A DNA stretch of 64,000 bases from Antechinus flavipes (Eukaryota). The DNA lies in assembly GCF_016432865.1 (NCBI RefSeq), contig NC_067398.1, positions 55,676,001 to 55,740,000 of the forward strand, read 5' to 3'. The notes beneath the pieces were generated by a model, which saw only the letters and a program-made list of their open reading frames with translations, did no database searches and had not been told where the DNA came from. A program made the translations under genes and the position numbers. This document shows, in pieces, positions 12,108-24,120 of the stretch (position 1 is its first letter; each line of letters opens with the position of its first letter).

Positions 12108-14320
12108 TAATAAAACTCAGAATTATCAAAAAGAGTTGATTCCCAGGCTACAGATTTGCTGCTCTTCCCCACAGAAAAGAACTGAACAGAAGGGAGGGGT
12201 CCAGCTGGAGGCTACAGCTGTACCTAGCCAACAATTCTTCTCAGAAGACAAGACCAGACAGGATGGGAAGAAGAGACTAAGTGGAAAAAAAGGTGAAATT
12301 CTGGGACTTTTGTGTCCTGGCAGTTGAAAATGAGATGGCAAAGGATAGACAGGACTTGGGGAAAGGGGATGGGAGGGAAGAAAGAGGATGGGACTGGGAG
12401 GAGAGGTTGGCAGACAGGAGAGAAGAGGAAGGGAAAGAGGTGAGATTGGTGGGGCAGAATGGAAGAGGCAGGGATTAGAGGGTGAGATAGGATGTGATGA
12501 AAGAGAGGAACTAACACTCTCAATTGTCCTGCCTCCCCTTGTCAGAAGATCCCATATGCACCCCATCTTTCTTTGCCTTCCACCATCTCAGCTGGAACAT
12601 CCTGTATCTTCTGAGAGTTGGAGCTCTCTCCCACCATTTCCTTGGGACCCTCCCCCACTGACTCAAAAGGAGACATACACACATATACCTTGCCAAAATA
12701 AAACCATGAAGTCAGAGGAAGTCTTAACAGTCACAGTCCCTTCTCAGGAACACTTTGTTCTCTTCCCCTCAACCTCAGGGTTCTCAATCCTTCTCTCCTC
12801 TGCCACCTTGTTCCTTTTAGAGCAAATTCAATTCTCTTATTCACACAGTGGTATAAATGACTACCAGCATCTTACAATCTCCCAGGGAGACTGGCATTTT
12901 AACAGATGGCAAAGCCTTATTGATGCACCAGGGTTACAATTCCAGCTAGCAGTTACCTCCCATGACCCTTCATAACCACAACTGGGCCCTCCAAGAGTGC
13001 GGAACCCTTTCTTCCAGCTATTTGAGGCTTTAGGGACAGAATGCCAGAGGGAGCACTCCTGAGCTGCTCCACTAATGACTTTTCCCAGAACAGATTCCTA
13101 ATTCAGCCTCCCAGAGAGGAGAATGTGCCAGATTTAAAATCTGAGTTTATCAGAGAGTTCCCTGTGAAGGTACTGAATTTCCCCTTAGATGTCCATACCT
13201 TCAGTTTCTTTCATTATTGCTCTTCCCTTCCACAATTTTCATTCCTTTTGAGAAATTTTCTCTTTTAAAATTTCACATCATGGGGTCTTACCTTCTACAG
13301 ATTTTTCAAGTACAAGACAGTTTCATATAGGTTGAGTAGACATCATCTGAAGGACTAAGTTGAGTGGCTCTGGACTCCAATTCATCTACGAATATCCCTC
13401 ACTGACTGCCATCAACATTCTTTCATAGATTCATCTGGTTCCATTAAAAATTATCCTCTCCTTTAAAATCTTTTGTAAAACAAGTACTTAGGGAAAGAGG
13501 AGTGTCAGGGAGTGAAGATTTTCAACTCCTCAGCACTTTAATTTGAATCAGTTTATAAGGGCGATTTAGAGGGAATTCATACCGAACTGCCGTTACATTT
13601 TTGTCTAATTGACCAATGTGAAACTGAACAAGCTTTGAAAGGGATTTTTTTTTTAAACCGAAGCACAGTTTATCAAAAAAGTATAGGCTTTGTAATAAAT
13701 CTCTCACCCTCGTTCAGATCCCCACAATCTAGTCCCATATTCTGTTTGCCACCTCCCCTTCTTCCCCAACATGCACCTGCTGCTCCAGTCATACTGGTCT
13801 TCACTGGCCCCACACATCTCACACTGGCATTAATTTTCCTTTATTCCAAATCCATGTCCATGAAATAGAACTTTGAAGCCAACCTCCTTTCCTTCAGGGG
13901 GTATCCTAGAACTAATTCTAACTCAAGCAGAGTCCCCACTTTGAAATTCCCCAACCCTATTGTTTATGGTCCATGCAACCTTATCAAAGACAGCTTTGCT
14001 ATCAGTTTTCCCTAGCTCTTCCATGTGGGTGAGCCCTTTCTCTTCAAGTACATCATAAATTCTATTACGATTGGGACCTGCATGATACTTTTTTGCCATC
14101 CACAATGCCCAGCATGGAGCTAACGCTGTTAGCTTGAATTGAGGACAAAGCAGCTGGGACTGTGTCCTTAACACACCTTGTATTCTCCCAGGAGATCCAC
14201 ATTGAATAGATCTGGACATCAAGTACATACTTAATCTTCCAATACAATTCAACAAATATCAACTGGCAATGTCCTATGCTAGACAACAGAGACACAAAGA
14301 TAAAATAAAACATCCCCCAG

Positions 14321-14744
14321 TGTAATATTCTGCTTAGCTTTCTAGAGATCTCGGGACCAGCCTTTGTTTCAGCTGAGTAATCACCACAAGAATAGCCAGG
14401 GATAAAGTCCAAATTTTTTATTGTCTCCTTCAAAGTCTGTCTCCTTCACCTGGGGCTCAGCTAGCTTCCTGAAGGGCCTTCAGACGGGGCTTCATCTCAG
14501 TGGAGAGGTGAAGGAGGACAGGCCAGCCACCACAGTGGTGGGAGATGGAATGGATGTCTCTCGTCCAGTCCTTGTTGGCTCTGATATACTCTTATTATAA
14601 TTACATCATCACAGGTGTCAATCTTGTAGAACTATATTGAGTCCTAAGGTCATATAAAACTAGATAGCCATTGCCTTATCAATTCCACTGAGTTAATACC
14701 TTGTTGAAGGATTAAATCAATCATACTGAGTCCTAAGTGCACTT
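14321..14744 (-). mobile_element. ERV LTR, minus orientation, 5' part lost in N gap
   Basis: Reverse complement ends ...AGCAGAATATTACA; AATAAA at 14417-14422; roughly 80-85% similar in aligned blocks to the LTR at 15009-15540. Confidence 0.85.
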
Positions 14745-14945
14745 NNNNNNNNNNNNNNNNNNNNNNNNNNNNNNNNNNNNNNNNNNNNNNNNNNNNNNNN
14801 NNNNNNNNNNNNNNNNNNNNNNNNNNNNNNNNNNNNNNNNNNNNNNNNNNNNNNNNNNNNNNNNNNNNNNNNNNNNNNNNNNNNNNNNNNNNNNNNNNNN
14901 NNNNNNNNNNNNNNNNNNNNNNNNNNNNNNNNNNNNNNNNNNNNN
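14745..14945. other. Assembly gap (201 N)
   Basis: Run of N. Confidence 1.
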
Positions 14946-15008
14946 ATATCTTTTAGGTAAGAAGTAGGAGGAATGAGGATGGAGACAAAAAGAAGGAAGA
15001 GGGTTATC

Positions 15009-15540
15009 TGTTATGGGCCAGAACTCTGTACTTGAAACAAGGATTCCTACAAGGTGTTAAGTCAGTGGGATTGATGAGACAATGGTTATCTAGTTTAGCA
15101 TGGTGATCAATAGTTCTTTAGTTCAGTACATGTACTTAGTACTTAATATAGTTCTACACAATTGACACCCATAAGATTCACACCTATGATAATGTAATTA
15201 TAATAGAGCATATAATCTGGGACAAACTCAGCCAGGGTGGGACTGAGAGACAGATTCATTTCATCTCCCATCTTTGGGGTGGCTGGAGGCTGGAGCATAA
15301 GCCCTGGAACTGAGACAGACTTCAAGACAGAGACCCTGGTGGTGGTCCTCCTGTCTCCCCCACAGAAACCAAGACACATTCCGGAGGACCTCAAGAAAGC
15401 TGGCCCAGGCCCCAGGAAAAGAAATTAGACTGTGAAGGAGATAATAAAGAATTTGGATTTTATCCCTGGCTATTCTTGTGGTAATTAATCTGCTGAAATG
15501 AAGGCTGCTCCAAGACCTCCAGAAAACTAACCAGAACACA
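15009..15540 (+). mobile_element. ERV solo LTR
   Basis: TG...CA termini (TGTTATGGGCCAGAAC...CCAGAACACA), about 530 bp, AATAAA at 15443-15448; no clean TSD found. Confidence 0.85.
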
Positions 15541-15735
15541 TAAGTAACAGGAAAAGTTTCTAGGAGGAGGCGATACTAGAGTTGGGCCTTGACGAAAGTG
15601 AAAGAGATGCCCTCTAAGTCTAAGGGAAAAGAACAAGGTCTCAGAGATGGAAGAGACAGGAATGGGAGTTTGATGTGAATGAGGCACAGGGTGAAATAAG
15701 GCATGGGAAAGTGAAAGGATTTAAAGTGTACATAC

Positions 15736-15870
15736 GCTTTGCCTGGAATTGATCGGGTGGGAAGCAGGTTTTTCTGAAGGGGCAGCTTCTCTCGAAGTTG
15801 GCCCAATATTTTCTGAGCGTCCCATGGCTTAGTTCTTGACATCTCAGAGTCTGTTGATAGCCGGGTTAAT
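15736..15870 (-). CDS. C3orf22: C3orf22 ortholog, internal coding exon (135 nt, phase 2/2)
   Basis: tatag|A ... GC|gtatgt. Encodes LTRLSTDSEMSRTKPWDAQKILGQLREKLPLQKNLLPTRSIPGK; LPLQKNLLPTRSIP matches recalled human LPLQKRLVPTRSIP. Confidence 0.9.
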
Positions 15871-16934
15871 CTATAACATGACACATTTAGTTTCCAGAGA
15901 CCCAGAGGAAAGAATTCCCAGAGTTGGGAAGTGGAAGGTTGTCTACACATCAACCAACCCCTCCACTCTTTCCCATGGGCTGCCTCACCAGGGTGAGAAA
16001 AGGCCTAGATCTGTGATTTCACTGGTAGTGGGACCCTTCTACTAGTACAGATTGCCACCTTCTCTGAAACAGTTTTTCATAAATTTGCTTAAATAGCAGT
16101 AGTGTCAAATTCAAATAGAAATGGGGCCACTCAAACTTTCATAAGGACTCCTGAAATCACACATTGGTTTATAAAACCATTAACATTATCAATCTTCTAT
16201 TGTATATTTTTTCATTTATTTTTGTTACATATTTCCCAATTAGATTTTGTTCAGGGTCAAGTTGGGAGGAGTGTTGTGGGCCACATAAAGCCGGGGGAGA
16301 GATGTTTGACATATCTGCACTACTACATAATATGAAACCCCCCCTTCTTTACCCAGGGTTATTTACACCAAATATAACAAGCATGACCTGGTTCCCAGTT
16401 AGATTGGTCCATGTTCTCCCAGAAGATGAACATTTTCAGTTTCAGTAATCAGCAGATGGAATGATCAAATGCCAGTCTCACCTCCACCCCCCATTTCCTT
16501 CTCAGCCACCTCACTGACTCTGCCAGCCCACACTCGAGGATGAGTGTCAACCCAGAAAGGATTGTGAGTCAGACTTGCTGATTGACATTCAGTCACTGAT
16601 CTGACTTCATGGCAAAGTTTTTGGTATAGTGGAAACAGCATCAGGCTGGGGGCTAAGAATCCAAACCAAGCCCTCCCAATAACTAAACGGCTTGTGACCT
16701 TGAGCCCCACATCCCTAAGCCTTGGTTGGTCCTAGGTTTCCTTATTCATAAAGTAAAGAATTAGATAACATGACCTTGGGGGTCTAATACAGAATTACCT
16801 TCTATACACCTATGAATTCATGGACTAATTTAATTAAATCCAAATCTAAGTACAGAAACTATATAACCAAGGGGAACATTAATTCCATCTGAGAAAACCA
16901 ACTCTTAAGAGTAAAGGGAAAGATCATTAGATAT

Positions 16935-17280
16935 TTTTCATTTAATTTAATAAACATTAAGTACCTATATTAGGGCTTAATAACATGATTAATATGATAT
17001 AAGTCAGGTACTGTGTTAGGACTGTGGATACAGAGACAAAGATGAAAAAGTTCCTACCCTCAAAGATCTTAGATTTTACTAGGAGAATATCACCATATTC
17101 ACATAAGAAAATTCAAAGTATAAATGGCAAAGTAATTTCTGCCAGCCAGGGCACTAACAATTGAGAGTATCAAAAGACGTGGTACTTGAGTTGGGCCTTA
17201 AAGGTTTCCAAAAGAAACAAGTAAGGAAGAGGAGAATTCCAAGCATAGAGGAAACCAGTCAAATTTGGAAAATTCAGAAT
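16935..17280 (-). mobile_element. L2 3' end
   Basis: AGGTACTGTGTTAGGACTGTGGATACAGAGACAAAG...TTCCTACCCTCAAAGATCTTAGATTTTACT is the antisense L2 3' terminus pattern. Confidence 0.7.
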
Positions 17281-18966
17281 TCCAGTCCCTGACACTCAAA
17301 CTAGACCCTCATTATCATCATCCTTCTATGTCAGATTTCCCTCAGTCTCATTCATAGCCTTAGTATTGTCCTCAGGATATTACCCTTCCTATCAATTTGG
17401 TCCACTCTTGCCATTTCCACACCTCCACTATCTCTCTCATATACAACTCCCCTCCCTTTTCTTCATGGTCACCATCTTATTTCAGACTCTTATAATCTCT
17501 CTATTGCCACAAATTTCAGTGGCTCCTCTTACTTTAGATAAAATATAAATTCCTCAGGTTGATTTTTAGAACATTTGATATCCTACCCCAATCTATTTTT
17601 ATAGCCTCATTGTAGATTACTTTCAGAATTCTATGGTCCACAAGTGAAAGCAATGTGGGATAATGGAAAGAATATTGGATTGGAAGCCAGAGGACTCTAC
17701 AGGACTCAATTTGTAAAGGTGATGACATGTGCCTCTGTGAGGATGTACCAACATAATGTAAAATGAGAGTGGGGTCCAAGGAGGCTCTCTGTGATCTCAT
17801 GAACAAATAAGAATCATTTACACTTTTTTTGTAAAAATTGACAAAACAATTAAGAATTCTATGATCCAATTGAACTGCTTCTTTCTGCTTGATGATAAAG
17901 TTTGTTTCCTTCCTTCTATCTTCCTTAATCATCCTGAATTCATTTTGTGTGTATGTATTTATATACTTATTGTCTCTCTCCCATAGAATACAAGCTGGAG
18001 AGTAGGAACTGGGCTTGGGGGGGGGGGGAGCAGAGTTGGGGAAAGTTTGATCTTTGTATCCCAGCTAGGGACATAGTAGGCACATAGTAGGCCCTTATTA
18101 AAGGTTTGTTTTTATCAATTTTTTACACAAACATTATGTTATTAAATGTATGACAAAAGAAGAAGCTGAAATTTGGAAAGATGAACTGATTCACCCAAGA
18201 TCATATAGCTAGTTGTGGCAGCCAAATCACAAATGTTGACTCATTATCATACTACTATAGAGTCAACAAAAATCTCTACTTTTTTACATAAAAAATTCTG
18301 TTTAGCCATATTCTTATTTCCCCACACACATACACACATACATACTCCATCCTATACATACATGTATAATTTTTTTTAAACCTAAGAGTAAAATTTTACA
18401 TTTATGCCCATTTAATCTTAAATCCATAATAAATTCACTATATCATTCTGGTACTTCAAGACTTTTCAGGGTCTCATTCCACCATCCATTGTATTTGCAG
18501 TCCCACTTAACTTCATGTCAGATGTTATAAAAATGCTATCTATGCTTAATTGACAAAAACATTGACTAGCATAAAACCAAAAGTCCATTATCACATGCTT
18601 AGTGACATCTCTAAGTTATACTGATACATTCATACTTGCATATAAAACATTATTGTATTAAATTATAAATCTACTTAATTGTATTAGCATCAAATACTAT
18701 AATTTTCATCTTGTCTACAAATATATCATGGAAACTTGAATTCATGTCATAATTCAATGGTCTGCCATATCAATAAAATATTCCTCTGAACTTTGTTGAA
18801 CAACATTTTTTAAAAAAATGATTAAATTAGATTATCATCACATTTGCTTTCAGTGAACCTATACTAGCTTCTAAGTGATCATTGCTTTCCTTCTTTAGTT
18901 GCTAATTTGTAAATAACTTTAGATTTTTCAGAAATCAATGTCAAAGTAACTAGACCATAGTTTTCA

Positions 18967-19158
18967 CAGGGGTCCTCAAACTACGGCCCACGGGCCAGAT
19001 ACAGCAGCTGAAGACGTTTATCCCCCTCACCCAGGCCTATGAAGTTTCTTTATTTAAAGGCCCACAAAACAAAGTTTTTGTTTTTACTATAGTCTGGCCC
19101 TCCAACAGTCTGAGGGACAGTGAACTGGCCCCCTATTTTAAAAGTTTGAGGACCCCTG
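18967..19158 (+). mobile_element. 192-bp hAT MITE, OC1/OposCharlie1-type, copy 1
   Basis: Perfect 16-bp TIRs CAGGGGTCCTCAAACT / AGTTTGAGGACCCCTG; about 90% identical to 53793-53984; no clean TSD. Confidence 0.92.
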
Positions 19159-19734
19159 ATAGAATCAATCTCTCCCCCCCCTCTCTCTAATTGGAACATT
19201 TTCCATTTTCTGCAACTTTTCTAAGTCTCCAAGAAATCTTTAAATATTATTGACAACCAGAATCTAGTGCTTCTATCTGTCAAATTACTAAGTATAATTC
19301 TCCCAGGCTAAAGATGAATTTAATTCCTTTAAATTTTTACAATCTTTTCTCATGTCTCTTGGGCTTCAGTTTCCATTTAACCATGCTCATTCTTCCTTTT
19401 CCAGGCTTAGGATTACTTTTATTGATGGATGCAAAATTGCTGAATAGTTCTGCTTTTTTTGCATGGTTAAACTATACTGTCTGTCTCTATTATGTCTCTT
19501 CTTTGTTTTGTCCTTGAATCAGCCATATCTTTAAAACCTCTTTTTGCTATCTCCCCCCCCTTCAGTGTTTTTTAAGCTTTGGTTTGTTATGGCTTGCAGT
19601 CTTCCTGACTCTTTTTACATGCTCAATCCAGTCTTCTCTATTTTTTCTATGTTTTTTTAAAATTTGAAATCAGAGTCAGGAAGGTTACAACATTGTTTTC
19701 TTTAGATGCTCCTACTATTTTTTCTTCTTCAGAA

Positions 19735-19925
19735 TCATTTGTTATTTTGTTCTCTTGTTTTTCAGTTATATCCAATTCTTCATGCTCCCATTTGGGATTT
19801 TCTTGGCAAAAATACTGAAATATTTTACTATTTCCTTCTCCAGCTCATTTTGCAAATGATGAAATTGAGGCAAACAGGGTTAAGTGATTTGCCAGAGTCG
19901 ACACAACTAGTGTCAAGTGTCAGAA
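19735..19925 (-). mobile_element. MAR1-type CORE-SINE (partial)
   Basis: TTTGGGATTTTCTTGGCAAAAATACTG...TTTCCTTCTCCAGCTCATTTTGCAAATGATGAAATTGAGGCAAACAGGGTTAAGTGATTTGCC. Confidence 0.8.
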
Positions 19926-20469
19926 GACTGATTTGACAAGTCATTGTCAGAATTTCATTTTGAAGATCTCTCCATCTCTCTCTGAGCAATCTTCTATTCT
20001 TTTAACATTTAATCCTTGGAATTTACTTCAAATTTCTTCAAATTGCCCAGATATTATCCTCCTCCCATTCTTGGTCACAATGAATACTAAAATGACATAC
20101 TTCCTTTGTCTTGCTACTTTTATCATTTCCTCTTCACTCACCTAGTGCATCTTCTTTGATCAAAATCAGATCAGCAAGGGCAATTTCCCCATCACCTATT
20201 CTACCTTCTGAAAGATTAAGACAAGTCAAGAACTGGTCATGTGCTCTACGACTAGCAGAATGAAACTTCTGGCAGATATTGATGGGAGCTAAAGCCCCCA
20301 TCATCAATACTTTTAGGCCTGCACCCAGCCAAGTACTGAAGTCCAATAGGTCACTCAAGCTAATTCTGAACAGTGTGGCTCTTTGAAGCCTTCTTCAATC
20401 CAAGTTCTACTCAGCTGACAAAGTGAATTTCCTTACTGGAGTCCAGTGGCTCTAACTTCTAGGATCATA

Positions 20470-20970
20470 TATAAAATTATCTGTTTGGTCTTTAAAACCC
20501 TTGAACCCTGGCCCCTACTTTTCTATTCTCTCATATTTTAACCTCCACAAACTCTACAATTTAGTTATACCAGCCTATTCTATTGACTGTTCCCCCTCCC
20601 CATATACACATGTACAGCACCTTATGCTTTGGCACTTCTCCCATCTCTGTGCATTTCTACCGACTGCCCCCCTTTTTCTGCAGAAGACCCTTCTGGGTTC
20701 CCCTCACCTCTCTTTCCACCCAGCATCTGTCTTTTCTTTTGAGATGGCCTTTTATTTTTCTGCAGAAGACCTTTCCATGTTCCTCTCCCGTCCCCCTCCC
20801 CAGCAGCTGTCTTCTCTTTTGAGATCACCTTCCATTTTGGTAGTATTTCTCTTTTAAGTCCTTAGTGATTTGCATGTGATTTCTTCTATTAGAATGTAAA
20901 TTCCCTGAAGACAAAAAACTGTTTTTGCTCTTTTTTCTTCCTATACTTGTTAAATAATCAGTTAATAAAT
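20470..20970 (+). mobile_element. L2 3' fragment
   Basis: Pyrimidine-rich body ending TCTTCTATTAGAATGTAAATTCCCTGAAGAC. Confidence 0.6.
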
Positions 20971-22058
20971 ACAGAGATTTGGTTGGCCAGCAGATTGGCT
21001 AAGTTTATCCTTGTACCATTATCAGAAATTTTTGTTTATTAAAAAAGAGGTTTGTGTATCTTGACCTGCCTCCACTCCACGCTCCCCTCCCACTACCTTT
21101 AGCAATCTGGTGAAACCTAAAGATTCCTTAGATAACGTTTTTAGATAATTAAAGGAAATGCTAAATTTTAGTTCAAAAAATAAGATGGAATTTTTTTCTC
21201 CACGTCCACAGACTCCCTGAAATCTATCCTCAGACTACTAGGAGGTTTCTGGCCCTGTGATGGTAAGAACACCCATTCAATAGTGATGATTTTAGTTCTT
21301 CCATTAGCTTTTAACATAAAAATCTGCTCCTCCTTCCCCACCTTGTTCTCTCTTTCTTGCATTTCTCTAAGAATGACCTTTGATTGCCTTGACCTTGATT
21401 CTGGATTACCTTCTGTTCTCTTTGAGAATTAAGCCACTAACATCTTGCACATTTCAAAACCCTTCCTCCAAGGAGACTCACTGCCAAATCTTCACTTGCA
21501 GGTAGAAGCTGCCACCCTGTGGGAATTCAATACTGCTTTGTGGAAGCAGATGGAGCAAATCTGGCTGGAAAAATGAATTTCTCTGGGCCAGGTGGTGATT
21601 TTGGGAGGGCGGGAAAATAGGCGGCTTTGGGAGAAAAGAATCCAAGAGCTCCCTTTCTTTTCCTTCTTCCCACTATCCAGTCCATTTAATCCTCTTAAGA
21701 AATTTATCCCAGCTAACTTGAATGAGTTGGAAAATTCAAAGCACAGGGCCAGGTTTACTTAAAACCAAAGGTAGGGATTGTAGAGTGTGGTGATCTATTA
21801 GCAAGGGAACTTTGCCAAGTCTGATCCATTGCAGTCCACTGGTCTCTGAGGGAAACTGAGAATACGAAACCCCTTGGACCAATCAAGTCTCAGAAACAAC
21901 ACAACTTCCTTACATTTTAGGAGGGAAAAACATCCTAGCCTACATGGTAGACATGCTGGTAAAAAACACTGCTCCTGCTATATATAAACATGCATTATTG
22001 AAAAAGCAGGTGCTAACATTTTCTTCTCTCAGGACAATTCTGAAACCCTACTGTCCCC

Positions 22059-22330
22059 TGGATGCGGTTAGTGGCAGTGCAGAGAGTTGTGGGAATCCCT
22101 CTTTGGTCAGCGCAGGTCCAATGTGAAAGAATTCACAAACCTGAAATGTTAGATTGGCAAAAGGAAGTTTATTGGCACTGAGAAGTCAGCTTTTGCTAGG
22201 AGACTGGTTTCTCCGTGGCAAGGACAGTTTCACGGTTCCCTCCATCACACTAGGTAATTTTGCTAGACTAAGACTAAGACTCAGAGCATCTATGAATCGT
22301 GGCCTCTACCCTCACTTTATGGCCTACTCC
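22059..22330 (-). mobile_element. LTR fragment (R/U5 side)
   Basis: Reverse complement contains AATAAACTTCCTTTTGCCAATCTAAC...TTCTTTCACATTGGACCTGCGCTGACC...CACTAACCGCATCCA; AATAAA at 22168-22173; resembles a dasyurid LTR from recall. Confidence 0.6.
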
Positions 22331-24056
22331 TGCCCTTCACTGTCAGCATGATAGTCACGACTGGATTCCAAATATCTCCTCCTCACTCAGCCATACCAGT
22401 AAGTCCATGATTTAAGATGTCATCCTCTCCTCAGGCCTTCTCTCCAACCTTCAAGGCCCCAGCTTATTATAAGGATCAAATGAGGTAATGCAGATAAAAT
22501 GCATTCCAAATCGACATAAACCTTAAATATGATTATTAATTAAGTTACTAAAGGTACCTTCTGCCTGTAGTGCCCACTAGACAGCTTTGGACTGCTAAAG
22601 GAAATTGGTTCCTTAAGAGGGAACTTGGGGAGAAGGCAATATAATAGTATAATAGGAACTAACTGGTACAGGTTTTTCATGGAGATGAAGGTGGAAGGTT
22701 CTCCTCCCCACTGCTATGTGCCTACAATCATATATGGATCCATGTGGAATAGCTCTCGGCCTGCTTTGTACCTTTAGAAACTCCATCTCTTCTTTCTTAA
22801 ATTGACATTTCTCTTGCCTCATATGTCGGTTGGTGATGGCATAAGTACTTGAAGGCAACTCAGAACAAGTTGGTATGCCTGGCAAGATCCCACAACAAAC
22901 TGGCTGGCAGAATGCTGGAGAGCCCCCCCCCCATGTCGTGCCACAAAAGGCTAGCTTCAGTGGGCACAGAGGTGCTGGCAAGCCAAGACCACCCAAGCTG
23001 TTTCATTGAGAGAAGGGTATGGCCAAGACCGCAAAAAACTGATCCCTAAGGACAGGATTATTACATACCAAGTCATGCCTGGGAATCCAAAAGTAGTTTA
23101 CATCTTCTCCCATAGTCACTTCATCCTAGTGAAGTCAAATCTTCAGATTAATAATCTTGAATCCAAAAGTAATGAGAATAATACCCAGAGCAAGGAAGGT
23201 AGAGAGTGATCCCCTCCTGGGGAAAGAAAGTCCTGGGTCCAAATTGGGCTCTAACTGGACATAAATTAAAGGTAAGTCTGAGGCAGAAATGTAGAAAACT
23301 GGAATGTCGAGACAAAGGCAGGGTTTCAGGAACAAAGATTCCAAATCAGTCAATAAGAACCAGTAGGCAATATGCAAGAAATACAGTGATTTAGTTCTCT
23401 GCCACAATACCTCCCCACACCTCTGGGGATGACATTCTTTCTCTGTCATGTGCTGATAATTTGCCAATATGGTCATCAGCTGCATCAGCCGGAGATCTCT
23501 TCCTGCCAGTAGGACCATCAGATTGGATAGATGACCCGGTATCAATTTGACATTCTGATGGTTATGGACATGTCCATAGAAAGGGTACATTGCTCCTCCT
23601 CTCCCTGTTCCCCACAACTACAAAGGACATCCACCAGTTGGTCCAGGAAAGTTTTCACCTCCACAGGTTACCTGACTACTGCACATTTTTTCCTTCCATT
23701 TTTTTAAAACTCCTTTTTTTTTTTTTTTTTACTACCTGGAACATTAAGATATACTTGTCTATCAATACACTCTAGCTAATGAGTAGGTGGAACGAGCTAA
23801 TCCAATTTTGAAGCAATAGCACAAGGATTATAATTTCCACCACTAGGACAACCGGTTACTACTATCTTCCACTACTCCATTTTCTTCAATCTGATACATG
23901 TCCTTTTTTTTCTGAATTGTGGATTCACAGTGCAATATTCAAGGTTAACTTCAAAGAATTGGAATCCATATGGGCTAGTCTAGAACTTGATCATGATGTG
24001 CTCAAAAAGCTGCCTATAAATGGAGAAGAAAAGACCCTTAAATCCCAAGAAACTCT

Positions 24057-24120
24057 GTCCATTCTCCAAAGGTATCCATGTGCTCATAGGTCCATTATCC
24101 AAAGGTATCCCTGTGCTTAC
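24057..24120. repeat. Two-copy 33-bp tandem duplication
   Basis: GTCCATTCTCCAAAGGTATCCATGTGCTCATAG followed by GTCCATTATCCAAAGGTATCCCTGTGCTTAC. Confidence 0.9.

Larger units (their letters stand above)
18400..20400 (-). mobile_element. L3/CR1 ORF2 region (endonuclease end and RT-proximal part), interrupted
   Basis: Frame 20134-20358 reads INICQKFHSASRRAHDQFLTCL...ALADLILIKEDALGE, resembling the CR1 endonuclease C-terminus (ICW...FLTCL...LDLILTNKEELVG). 18500-19330 resembles antisense L3. Interrupted by a MITE and a SINE. Confidence 0.7.

Noticed and set aside
12388-12975. Longest gap-free ORF (195 aa)
   Set aside because: Starts in a purine-rich low-complexity tract, has no recognisable motif and is antisense within a C3orf22 intron.
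13923-14255. 110-aa minus-strand ORF containing DSKAVFDKV, weakly like the RT motif DFSKAFDKV
   Set aside because: Surrounding residues do not fit an RT domain, and there is no convincing splice pair or family match.
18015-18030. G homopolymer runs (also near 55840 and 56445) as G-quadruplex signals
   Set aside because: Isolated homopolymers in repeat-derived sequence with no supporting context.
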